Shown piece by piece: positions 22,541 through 33,655 of a stretch of DNA of 64,000 nt. This DNA comes from Blastocladiella emersonii ATCC 22665 (Eukaryota > Fungi > Blastocladiomycota). Each line of letters starts with the position of its first letter. Positions within the stretch are counted from its first letter, which is position 1. Where the stretch lies: positions 434,001 through 498,000 of the forward strand of contig JANHCV010000003.1 of the NCBI GenBank assembly GCA_025594325.1. The letters are read 5' to 3'. The notes below the pieces were generated by a model. The model saw only the letters and a list, made by a program, of their open reading frames with translations, ran no database searches and was not told the origin of the DNA. The position numbers and the translations under genes are program-made.

Positions 22541-22686
22541 GAGGCGGGGTTCAGACCGGGTCGTTTGTTTTGGTTTTATTAGTCTACAAATATCACGTGA
22601 AGTGGCTTATCCATCACCTACGGTTCTGCGTGGTTTCCTCCGTCACCACACGCCACCTTCAGTGGCTCTAGTGGTGGTGCCTCAAG
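22541..22686. repeat. DIRS right ITR (22541-22637) plus right extension (22638-22686)
   Basis: Inverted match to 18873-18969. The extension is complementary to the ICR. Confidence 0.9.
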
Positions 22687-22910
22687 TAAGGGCCCGTTTG
22701 GTCCAGATCAGGTGGATCAGCTGAAAAAGTTGCCACGTTTCACCTCACCCCCGTTCATCTCAGCGGCCGTGCGAACCAAACGCCCCGCTGGATGAACGCC
22801 CCTCCCCCCCCCCCCCCGCAATAAAAACTTTTTCACCTCTTTGCAGCCGCGCTTATTGCAACGAATCAACACCTAACCTCACGCATCGTGTTCTCGAGCC
22901 CTCAAACAAC

Positions 22911-24228
22911 ATGGGCAAGGGATACAACCGCAAGCTGCGCGGCCTAATGCTCACAGCCGCCCTCGCTCTCCTGCGACGTCTCGCTGCTCGCAACGAGCGC
23001 CGCTCGTGGGAGCCTATCCGCACGTCCACGCTTTCCGGCGAGTCGTGGGTTCAAGAGCTGCTGATGTGCAACAGCGAAACGCGTTTTTCGGAAATCGCCC
23101 GTATGCCCCGCAAGACCTTCAAGGCCATCTGCCGCCTGTTCCGCGACCGTGGCCTTCTCGCCGACGGCCGCGAGCTGTCCGTCGAGGCGCGCTTCATGGT
23201 TTTTCTTGTCATGGCCGGCGAGGGCAGCACCAACCGCAACCTCAGGGAGCGGTTCCAAATCTCTGGCGAGACCGCGTCCAGGGTTCTGAAGCAAGTGCTC
23301 GACGCTCTGTACCGCCTGATGCCCGAGTTCATTGTCCAGCCGTCCGATTCTACGCCCGTGCATGAGCGCATCGCCCACGACCCGAAATACGCTCCGTTCC
23401 AGAACGCGGTCGGCGCGCTTGACGGAACGCACATCCCGTTTGTTGTGCCCACTAAGCTTCACGACTCGTTCCGAAACCGCAAGGGGACCATATCCTCAAA
23501 TGTCCTCGCTGCCTGCGACTTTGACTTGAACTTCACCTACGTTCTTGCAGGGTGGGAGGGCAAGGCGCATGACTCGCGCGTGCTCTTGGACGCCTTTGCC
23601 CGTGGGTTCAAGATCCCCGCCGGCCGCTTCTACCTCGCCGACGGCGGCTACGCAAACCGCACGTCCATCATCGTGCCCTTCCGCGGTACCCGCTATCATC
23701 TTCGCGAGTTTGCCCGCGGCAAGGATGGGTACGTTCTCACTGCCATGACCATCACGTTGGCGCCATCTCATCCGCTTCATCAACGTACGTAGAGTTAAGA
23801 ACCGCGAGGAGCTTTTCAATCTGCGTCACGCGTCGCTCCGCAACTCTGTTGAGCGTATCTTTGGCGTGCTCAAGAAGCGGTTCCGCGTCCTCTCGATTGG
23901 CGCGGCCTACCCAATCAAGACTCAAGTCAAGCTTGTGTACGCGCTCTGCACGCTGCACAACATGATCAACAAGTGGAACCAAGGCGGCGACGCCTTCTTT
24001 CGCGACGCCGAGACGGAGCTCCGGCGCGCGCGGGACGCGGCGCGTGAGGCGCCAGTGCGTGGGCGCGAGCCCCTGGACGACGAGAACGAGGAGGACGACG
24101 AGGCCGCTGTCCTCGAGGCCTCGCTGGACGGAGCTCGTCAGCGCGGTATCTCGCTTCGGAACCGCGTCGCAAATGTTCTTTGGACCGAGTACAGGCGCGT
24201 CATGGCCGCTCGTGGGACCCGTCTTTGA
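22911..24228 (+). CDS. Harbinger DDE transposase (exons 22911-23728, 23793-24228)
   Basis: Motifs GALDGTHIP, FRNRKG, GWEGKAHDSRVL, YLADGGY and FNLRHASLRNSVERIFGVLKKRF. The intron splices in frame. Confidence 0.92.
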
Positions 24229-24541
24229 AGGCGCGAAATAATTGTTGTACCCGCATGCATGCTGTAATATACTGATTTGTCAAGTACTATAACGTTAGAT
24301 AAGCGATTCCAGATGATTTGACGCGTCGCTGAGGTCAGAACGCATCGGTGGAGACGCGTCGATCAATCACGTGACGTGCGAGACACTTTGAGAACCACGC
24401 GTTTCTCAACGAGTCGCGTCATTTTCGAGCGAAGGGTAACGATTGAAGATACGATGGACACAAAGCCAGATGTATTGGACACAAATGGGCGAGAACAAGG
24501 CCAGGAAGCAACGCGAGGGGAGGGGGACATGTGCGAGAGAG

Positions 24542-25671
24542 CTACTGAATGAAAAACTCGAGGACGCGCTTGCGCTTCGATTCGGACACGGCCATGACGC
24601 GAAGCGCTTGATCCTCGGTCAGGCGGGTGGCGACGTCGATCTGGTACTCTTCATTGTCGTTGTACGCGTCCTGGACCCATTCAAGTGCGGCGGTCAGAGC
24701 GGGCTTGGAGTCGGCGGTCGCGACGCTCTGGAACACCTCCTTGATGCCCATGAGGAATTCCGAGTCCGAGAGGCGACGCGAGCTGCTGTCCGAAGTGCGG
24801 CTGCGCTTGCTGGCGGGGGCCGCGTCGTCTTGACCATCGACACCTTCCACGTCACCAGACTCCTTGCCGTCCTGCTTGAGGTGCGAGTACTCGCCGGTGG
24901 CGGTCGAGCTGCCCCACAGCATGTTGGCCTTCTTGTAGTACGGGAAGGGCTTGCAGCCCGCAGTCAGCTCCTCCTTGAGCTTTGCCTACAATTGAAGCAG
25001 GCCAGGCGCTGTTAGCTCGCCGCGAGTTGACGCGTAACGATATTGAACAAACGTACCGAGAGATCGTTCCAGAACTCCTCTGGCACGTCGACCGTGCACT
25101 CACCCTCATTCCAGGTGCAGCCGTTGCCCGAGTACGACAGAAGCCGTTTTACGGCGCGAAAACAAGTGCGAAGCTGGAGCCGAACGCTGACGTTGTTAGC
25201 GCTACGGTTGACGCGTGTCCGCAAGACAAAGCGTACGTATGTCACGCGGTTCTTGACCTGCTCCGCCGTAAACTGCATGTTGAACTCGTCCGACAGGGCC
25301 TGGGCAATCGACACACGGTGCTGGGCCTTGAGCGTGTTGCTGTCGCCGAGCACGCCGTCGTCAGCGAGGTTGCAGAAGTGGTCGAGGAGGAAGTTGGTCG
25401 ACGCGGAGCAGAAGGTGGCCTTGCCGCCGCTGGCCTTGCCGCTGCTGGCCTTGCTGCCACTGGCCTTGCGCTTGCTTGGCTTGGCGATGGTCACGGGCGG
25501 CAGCGGGTTGGTCGGCGTGACAGCAGCGTTGCCGTCGCTCCCAGCAGCGTCGTCATCTGCATCCTCGTCGCTATCGGCGGGCGGCGGCGGGATTTCGGGC
25601 ACGTTCTTGACGATCTCCTCGATGGACATGGCCGTACGGCCAGCGCGCTTTTTGCTTGACGGGGGAGCCAT
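24542..25671 (-). CDS. Harbinger Myb/SANT-like DNA-binding protein (2 introns)
   Basis: EFNMQFTAEQVKNR...SGNGCTWNEGECTVDVPEEFW...KPFPYY, in the position expected for the second Harbinger gene. Confidence 0.8.
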
Positions 25672-26038
25672 TCTTTTCGGCTTTGAGGGAGGACGGGGGA
25701 GAGAGAGCGAGTTACTTTGGAGGAAAACGGCGTTTATATAGGCCGGGGAGCACAGCCTGAAGGTTTCGGGGGCGAGCAGACGGGTGATTCAGCGACGAGG
25801 GCTCCATTCAGCTCACCCGGGGGTTGAACCAAACGCCGCGATGAACGCGACGGGGTGAAAATGCCACGTTTCAGCTGGGTGAACACCGGACCGTGTAAAA
25901 TCGATTGATCCACCTGATTCACCCCGGAACCAAACGGGCCCTAAAAATGAGCGGAGTCCGAGCAAACTAGATGTATATGTACAATGCTCGAGAGCAACTA
26001 AACAGGATAGAAAACTAATAACAAACGGCCGCGGACCG

Positions 26039-28437
26039 CTACAGCTGGGACTCGCGGCCGATGAACTTGATCAGGTAGTACATCCCCATGAGCGCGTCGC
26101 TGCGCTGCTCATCGGCGACGACAAACTGGTTCGCCGTAAGGTGCAGCAGCGCCGCGGCCGCGAGCTGGCGCGACGGCACGTCCGGGTCCTCGCGCCGCGT
26201 CACCGCCGCGACGACCAACGCGTCATCGATGCGCGCCAGGTACTGCAGGTATGGCACCACGTCGGCGACCCGCTCCGGCGTGTCGAACAGGTCCGGGAAC
26301 ATGACGCGGGGCGCCGTGGCGAACGCGGCCGTGCCCTCGGTAACGTCCTTGGCGTACTTCTTGTTGTACAGGACCCGCACCTCGCGCTTGTCCGAGACGG
26401 TGGCGGCCGCGCTGAACATGAGGCCCATCAGGGCAATCTCGCCGGGCGCTTTGCGGTGCTCGCGGACGAGGGCGGCGAGGCGCTCCACGGCCTCGTGCGA
26501 CAGGACCGACTCGCCAGCGGCGGCCGCGTACCCAAAGTACTGGCCCACGAAGTTGAGCAGCACGTTCGGCAGGTCGCGCTTGATGCGCACGAGGGTCTCG
26601 TAGTACTCGATGGGGAGCTTTGCGGCGAGGGCGCGGCCCAGTCCGGACACGTTGCTGGCCTCGACCTCGTCGACCTCAGCGTCGCGCACGCCCACGCCGC
26701 CGACGCGGTCCGGGCACGCGAACTCGTCGCCCTTCTCGGCCGCACAGTCGAGCATCTCGGGCATGGACAAGGGGTCCTCCGAGCCGGCTTGTCCGTCAGC
26801 GTGACCGTGAGCATGGCCGCCGTCGACCTCCTGCTGCTCGCTGCCGTCGGCGTGGTGATCTGGCTCGGGCACGGCGTCGCCGCCGTTGACCTGGCTCTGG
26901 GCGAGGTCCTCCTCGGTGCCGACGCCGTGGTGGGGCGCCTGCTCGTCGAGGACCTGGCCGTCGTCGATCTGCTGCTGGGCGACGCCGTGGTGCTGGTCGA
27001 CCTGCTGTCGCGCGCCGCCGACGACATCTTGGCTGTGCTGCAGCTCGAGGGCCGCCGCGACGTTGGCGACAGTAGCGGCCCGCCCGTCCTGCGAGACGAC
27101 CGGCTTGGCCTTCTTGACCACGCGGCGGGCGGCACCCTTGTGGACCCGAGCGTCTTGCGGAACGCGCGCTTGGCCGACTGCGCGACCTGGCGCACCGCGA
27201 CCGTGGCGCGGCGGACGGCCGCCGACGTACGCGAGCCGACGCGAGCCGGCGGCGAGTACTTGGCCTCGACGACCTTGGCGAACTGGGCGAAGGCCAAGGC
27301 CACGGCCTCGGGATCGGGGAGCTGGATAGGCTGGACGACCGGGAGCTCATCTTCAGTCTAGAAATCAATGGTCAGTTTGGGTTCGGGGCCAGCGCACGGG
27401 CCCGAACGAGCGTACCTGGTAGAGACTGGCGAGCGATGTGGTTGGAAACGTAGTGTCCGTGCCAAGCAATAGCGAGGACGTCGAAGCGGAGAAGGCCGAG
27501 ACCAGCGATGGCCACGACGAGGAAGTAGGCAGATGGTTCTCGAGGGTCTACACGATGCGAGTCAGAACATGGCCTCGAGCCGGGATAGCAGAAACAATGA
27601 ACCGTACCTCGAGAAGATCACCGTGAGGGACGGGAGGCGACACAGACGGAGTCGCCGAGTTTGGCGGCGTGACGGGGACCGTGACTTGGTCGAGGGCCTA
27701 CGAAAATTGGGGTCAGCACATTGTCGAAAACCCGCCTCACCGGCCAGAATGAACGTACATTGTGCGCGCCGAGCCGCGAGCCGACCGATGCCGGCCGTGC
27801 CGAGGCCAAAAGACCCGACGGGATGGACGTCAATGCCGACACCGACCCCGCCGGCGCGAAGTTGTCGTCGTCGTGCAGCGGGGTCGTGCCCGTACCGGCA
27901 GTCGGTCCCGCCGCCGCCGCGTGCACCAGACTGAGAGGCACATCTGGCCTGTTGTCGACGAGGTCGGCATACGGGCGGCGGTACGGCTCCTTGCTGATCT
28001 GGGCTGCGGCGGCGAACGGAAGCGAGGCGGGTGCGGGAGTAGTCGCGGAGATGGCGGCGGAACTGGTGGCCGGCGAGGCGAGGGCGGTCGAGAGGGCGAC
28101 CGACGACAGGACGGCCTTGACGTTGGCCGACGAGACGGTGACCTTGGTGTTGCCCGTGAGGACGGCGGGCTTGAGGGGCGTCGGTGACGGCGAAGGGCTT
28201 GGTTGTGGTGCCCGAGACGGTCGGGGCGGGAGCGACCGAGGGCGTCGCCGTGTGGAGCGGCACGGCCGAAAAGATCTTGATGAGGTCCGCGACCTTGGCC
28301 GAGGCGGGCACCGAGCGGCAGCACGCCGAAGACGATGACGTGATGAGGCCCGACGAGGAGCGCGAGGCGGAGAGTGACTCGAAGGAGGCACGCGCGCGGC
28401 CGACGAGGCCGGAGGCGGGGATCTCGTTGATGGTCAT
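26039..28437 (-). pseudogene. Multi-exon hypothetical gene with apparent frameshifts
   Basis: ATG at 28437 (MTINEIP), with GTACG..TAG introns near 27767, 27607 and 27411. The long codon-biased last exon is helical-looking (KLPIEYYETLVRIKRDLP...IKFIGRESQL*). The frame changes near 28190 and 27125 without a clear intron. Confidence 0.5.
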
Positions 28438-30940
28438 GGTGGTGACGCGGAACGAGATGGCCGGCGCGAGAAGATCGAGTCGAACGCTACACGAGAAAGT
28501 TGGTGAGCATGGCCGCGGACCACGGCGGCACGACCGGAGAGCGTACAGCAGTTGTAGACCGGCCATGCAAGAGGCCGGTCAAACTTGGTGATGGTGGTGG
28601 TGGCGAAGCAGCAGCGGGTGGCACGAGTTGGCGACGATGAGGGTCGTCGGCGGGTCTGGATCCGATCAGGTCGAGCCGTGCAGGGTCGAGGTGCTCGGGC
28701 GGATGAGGGCGAGCAGGTGGACGAGGGCGACGGCACAGATGCGTGTGCGGGTGGCTCTCAAGGCGGTTAGGGGGAAGGCCGAGTCGTCGACGCGGGGAGC
28801 ACAGCGGGTGAGCGGTGGAGCGGATAGGTGCCGAGGTCTGCTTGCGGGTGTTGAGGACGATTGTGCAGTCGTCTTCGAAAGGTCCCGTCAGGTGTGATAC
28901 TGCGATGAGTTCGATCCGAAGGAGAGTAAGGGTCGAGTGAGCCAGGGGGATGGGGGAAGGTGGCGAGGGGCTTTGTAGCCCGGCCCCTCGCCCTGCGAAA
29001 CCGTTGCATGAACATCGAGCGGCATCACATTAACGTGGGAGGCGACGGACTGGCTGGTTGGCGTCCGACGGTGGTTCGAAGTGAGCGAAGCGCGAATGAT
29101 TGGGCCCGGGGCGTGTCTCGCGCGGGCCACCTGACCGGTCGCTACGCGCCGAAGTGATCGCGGCGACGAATCACGCAATAAATCACGACACATTGGACCA
29201 AACAGCGCCGAACATGCTGCAACGCGAACACCCGGAGCATGTCGACGAGGTCGTGACCATGAGGTGCTCCAAAACCCGTCGAGCGTGCTTCATCGTACCG
29301 TGGCGACCCGAAGAAGCCGCCTTCGGTTCAGCCGGAGCGCGCGAGTCGGGTCCTCAAACCTCGGTCTCGCCCCCGCGGTAGTAGCGGACGAGCGGATCAG
29401 CACGATGCTCGCGCGATGCCGCTATGAGAGCTGAGCGGGGCATTGAGAGCGCTCCCGACCTCAGAGAGATGTTTGACTGGCCCGATTCAGCGGTACGGGA
29501 TCAAGGGAAGCACGATCGCGAGCGAACGTATGAGTATTTATGGGTCATGGGGGATGTCGCGGGAGATCGAGGGAGAGCTCAGTGGAGCGAGAGGTTTCGA
29601 GTGAGAAGACACCGTGGGAGGAGAGACGAGACGACGCGGCGAGTATAGTGCCAGAGCGCGGAGTGGCCTTGGGAGACGGTGACGAGGCGGTGGTGCCGGA
29701 TCGGGCGAGTGCGAGCGAGCGTGGGTGGGGGTCAGCGGGGAGGCAGCGGGAAAGTCGCGGGAGGAGTTTGAGAAGCGAGGATGAGGCGAGGGAGGTCCGA
29801 GGCATCGCGCGGAGGTGGTGGGATTTGCGGGTGGAGCAGAGCAGGGATGTGCGGCGACGACGAGGTGGTAGCGGATCGGGGAACACGCCGCTGCCGTTGA
29901 TCCGTGGTGAATTCATCAAGTCGATCTGGGCTACATGGTGGCGGGACAGCGGATTAGTGGAGCAAGAGCGAGTGGGTGCTTGCCGATCGCCTCGGCAGCA
30001 GCAACGCGTCGACGCGTTGCACATGCCCCGTGGCTCGGTGTGGCGCGTGGGACCGCGTGGCGCCGCCACGATCGCTTGCCGCGTCGTCCCTTTCCCGCAC
30101 CGACCGCCGGTCCGCCTCCTGCTGTCCTGCTGTCGCGCGTTGACTGGAACTGCTTTCGCGCGATCCGCAGTGAGTAAATCTGTCCCAGCGGGCGCAACGG
30201 CGGCGACCATCACGTCCCCGAGCGCCTGGCGGCGGAGGGCCGGCAGTCTTGCGCGCGCGGCAGCGCGTCGGCGAGAACCATGTCATGCCGGCGACTCGCT
30301 GCAACTACACGGTCTACGGATCAGCGAGCCGCTGCGTGCGAGGTGAGGTGGCGAGCACGAGCACGAGCCCGAACCGTGACGCGCGGCGGTCCGTCGAGCG
30401 CGTCCGTGCGACTCGCGCGAGTGCCCGCCGTCAGTGTCACCGGAGAGGTTCGGGCGTGCTCTCAGCGGAATTGATGTGAGATCACTCAGTAATGCTGGTG
30501 TAGCGGCCGTCCTCGACGTCAGCGTCGGCTCCATGGGTGCGCTGCGGTGAAGTGAGCGCAACGTCAGCGGGTATCTCGCGGAGCGCCGCCGTGTCGCACG
30601 TTTGGCGCGCCGTTTAGTGGAGTATCGCGAACTGCGCCGACGAGCAGTGCGGCGACACGGCGCGGCGCCAGCTGTGATCGCGATCGTGATGGACTCAAGC
30701 GGCCCGACTTGCGACGGCGGCCCAACGTTGCTCAGCATCATGCCCCAGAGTCGGGCAGCCGGTTGCATCAAGATATTGTTCCATTTAAGAGCATGTGTGG
30801 GGTGCTGCGAGAGCGAGAGTCCATCGGGCGTTGGGCTGTTACGGGGAGAAAGAGGCGGACGCGGTGAGCGACGCGTTGAAGAGCACCGTGGGGGGAAGCA
30901 CGGTGCTGGTGGTGTCGAGCCCACACGATTCCCGAGACAA

Positions 30941-31063
30941 CTGTATGATCCGGAAACGTGAGCTTTATTCGGGAGAGTGATGGGGGACAAGATGGAGAGG
31001 AAACAAGAGGGAAAAGGAGGGTGAGGAGGCCGCACACACCTGTATGATCCGGAAACGTGAGCT
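30941..31063. repeat. Perfect 24-bp direct repeat CTGTATGATCCGGAAACGTGAGCT x2
   Basis: Copies at 30941-30964 and 31040-31063 flank a purine-rich spacer. Confidence 0.85.
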
Positions 31064-31349
31064 AAAGAGAGCTCACGTCCGCGGCGAGGGTGCGGCCACC
31101 TTTTGAGGGCGACAGGAAACGGGCGGCGAGTCACCAGCTGCGGCCGGGCGCGAACAGCCGTGTTCGCGGTGGTGGGAAATGTGGCGCGATCAGCGCTACG
31201 CGCGCGCGCGTGACCCGAGCATCACGCGCGTCGCGCGACAGCGTCGGCTCCGCTCTTCCCTTGCGACCGACCTGCTCACCGCGCACCGGACCTTGTGCAC
31301 CAACCTCTTAAAGCAAAATATCCGTGTATTCACCTGTCTAGCACAGTGG

Positions 31350-33200
31350 TTACACATCCGCTGTCGTCGTGCCAGCCATGTCCCCGTCACGGCCATCGGT
31401 GGCGCGCGCGTGTGGCGGACGCCGCGCAGGGCACGCCGATGTCCAATGCAGTCGCGTCCGGAGCGGCGGTGCGCGGACCAGCGGCGGTCTCGTGCTGGAG
31501 AAGCGGTCCGGGAGTCGATGCTGTCGCGCGCGCGAGATCAGCGAGCTGGACCGCGTGGCGGACGCGGATCTCGTTGACTGGAACGTCGACGCGGTCAAGA
31601 TGAGGGACAGCTTAACGTGGTCCATGACCTTGACCTGGAAGGGGCGCGTTGGGGGCGTGTCGAGGAGCGCGTCGAGAGAAGCTGGGCAAGTGCTCCGCCG
31701 CCCATACACTGCACGACGTGCCGGATCAGCAGCGCGCTGCACTCGCGGTGCCGTCCTTGATCCCGTCGATGATCGCGAGCCGGCCGACGAGGTACACCCA
31801 CTCGCGCGCCGCGCGCGCGACTCAGCACAGCACGAGGGGATCATGTTCCACTTGACCTCCAGATAGCGCGCGACGTGGTCGCTCCACAGCGCCATGGTTG
31901 TGGTGGAACGCGAGGGCCACGTCAGCGGATCCACGAGAACCTTGAACACGTCGAGCGTGGCAATATCGGGCGTGATCACAACTGCGATGCAGCTCGTGAG
32001 GGTACCTGGCGGCACGCAAGGTTGGGGTGTTTCGGGAGAAGCTCAGCGCAAGCTCGTTGGCGACCTCGGCGGCAATTTTGGTGGTCAAGGCAGCGCGGTC
32101 TGCGCTGAGTGAGACAATGGACGCAGGTTTAGCACCCGCAGCGCGCTCAATCACGTCGAGGCGGGCCAGTTAAGCAGACAGTGCGGTTCGTGAAAGATTA
32201 GCAAAGTCAAGTTGGCACTAAAGTCGATCTCGGGCGCGCGAGGCAGCGGGGCAAGCGAGGCCTCGGGGTCCGCCGTAACAGGCGGAGAGGTTGGCCCTGA
32301 ATCGCTCGACTGACTCGACTTTGACGGCGTCCGAGGCCGTGAGCCCGGTGGCGGGCAATGGAAAAGATGTCGTGAATCACGGACCTGCTCGGCGAGCGCG
32401 TCGATGACGGGAGTCCGCGCACCGTGTCGAGAATGAGCTGCGTGATGAGGTTGTACGAGGCGGGCGAGGGAGTCGTTGTCCAAACCGCCAACGGAGTTGC
32501 CGAGCAGGCGCTACTAGACGGGAAGCGGCGGAGTAGGGGCGAGGTTACTTTCGAGCACCGATTGCGCGCTGCAGAGCAGGTGGTGGGAGCCGACAAAGTG
32601 CTGGGTTACGAGGAATATCTTCCACACAACCTTGCGGCCGCCGGCGAGGAAAATCTGGTTCATCACGCCGCTGCTAAAGTATGTGGCGCGCAGCCGTGTC
32701 GACATATCGGTCACAAACTGGACGAGGATATTGCTCTTCATGAAGCGCAAGCTTGCACAGGCGCGCATTCACGAGAAACGTAAAGCAGTCGGCGTCATCG
32801 CCGAGCGCGCGCGGGAGGATGGTCGGCGGGAAACTTGGAGTTCGGGCTGTAGCACGTCACCGCCCTGCAGGGCGTCGTCAACGGTGATGGTGGGCGACGA
32901 ATCCGTGGCAGCGAGGACGGAACCTGCGGTACACGGTGTCAAAAAGCGCGGCAAGCATGCTACGATCCGTGCGAGTGTGATGGGCGGAAATCGATGTGAT
33001 TGTGACGCCGCACGAGGATCGCGGCCGAAGGACGCGACGCGACTACCGTGACGGCGAAGTCGAAGTTGAACAACCAGGCAATCTCGCAGGCAGAAGCATG
33101 CCAGAGTCGAGGCGGGAAGGCAAGCGCGAGGATGACCGCGGCCGCGGCCGCGGCCGCGGCAAAAGACGACGACAGCGGCATAACGAACGTGTGCTCGTCG
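31350..33200 (-). pseudogene. Multiply frameshifted gene relic, family unknown
   Basis: Fragments DVFKVLVDPLTWP, LWSDHVARYLEVKW, EWVYLVGRLAIIDG, PFQVKVMDHVKLSLIL and MKSNILVQFVTDMS occur in different frames. Confidence 0.35.
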
Positions 33201-33655
33201 AGTGACGCCTTGAGTTACGCGACAGCGGCAGCCTGACGATTCGCGTGCGACACAAGGTACAGGCCGCGCGCGGATCCGAGCAGCGCCTTAAAGATAGAAT
33301 CACGGGTGCTGAAAACGTCAAGCTGCTCGTAGATCAACTGGAGCAGCGGCAAAGCTTCGCCGCAGAGCCAGCCGCAGAGCCCCCGTCGATCCCGCGCGAA
33401 GCGGTCCCGCTCTCACAAGTGCGGGTGCGACTCGGCCAACAGTACATTGCGGCCAGTGAAATCGTTCTCCATTCGTTTTCCATGTGTAGCCGGGGAGCCC
33501 CGTTGACGTGGCAGCGGCTTCGACGTGGCCGCGCTTCGAAACGGGGGCCCGCTCGCTCGCTGCGCCGCCACGCACGCGACATAAACTCGGCCGCTACCGC
33601 CGCCTTTCCTCCCTCTCCCCCTCCCGCAACGAGGAAAGATAGACGACGAAGAACC

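Larger units (their letters stand above)
18872..22686 (+). mobile_element. DIRS-type retrotransposon lacking a recognisable tyrosine recombinase ORF
   Basis: 97-bp inverted terminal repeats, a right extension, an internal complementary region, gag, and RT-RNaseH-methyltransferase ORFs. AG is shared at both ends. Confidence 0.9.
22690..25941. mobile_element. PIF/Harbinger DNA transposon, apparently intact (3252 bp)
   Basis: Perfect 13-bp TIRs GGGCCCGTTTGGT / ACCAAACGGGCCC, TAA TSDs at 22687-22689 and 25942-25944, and convergent nuclease and Myb/SANT genes. Confidence 0.95.
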
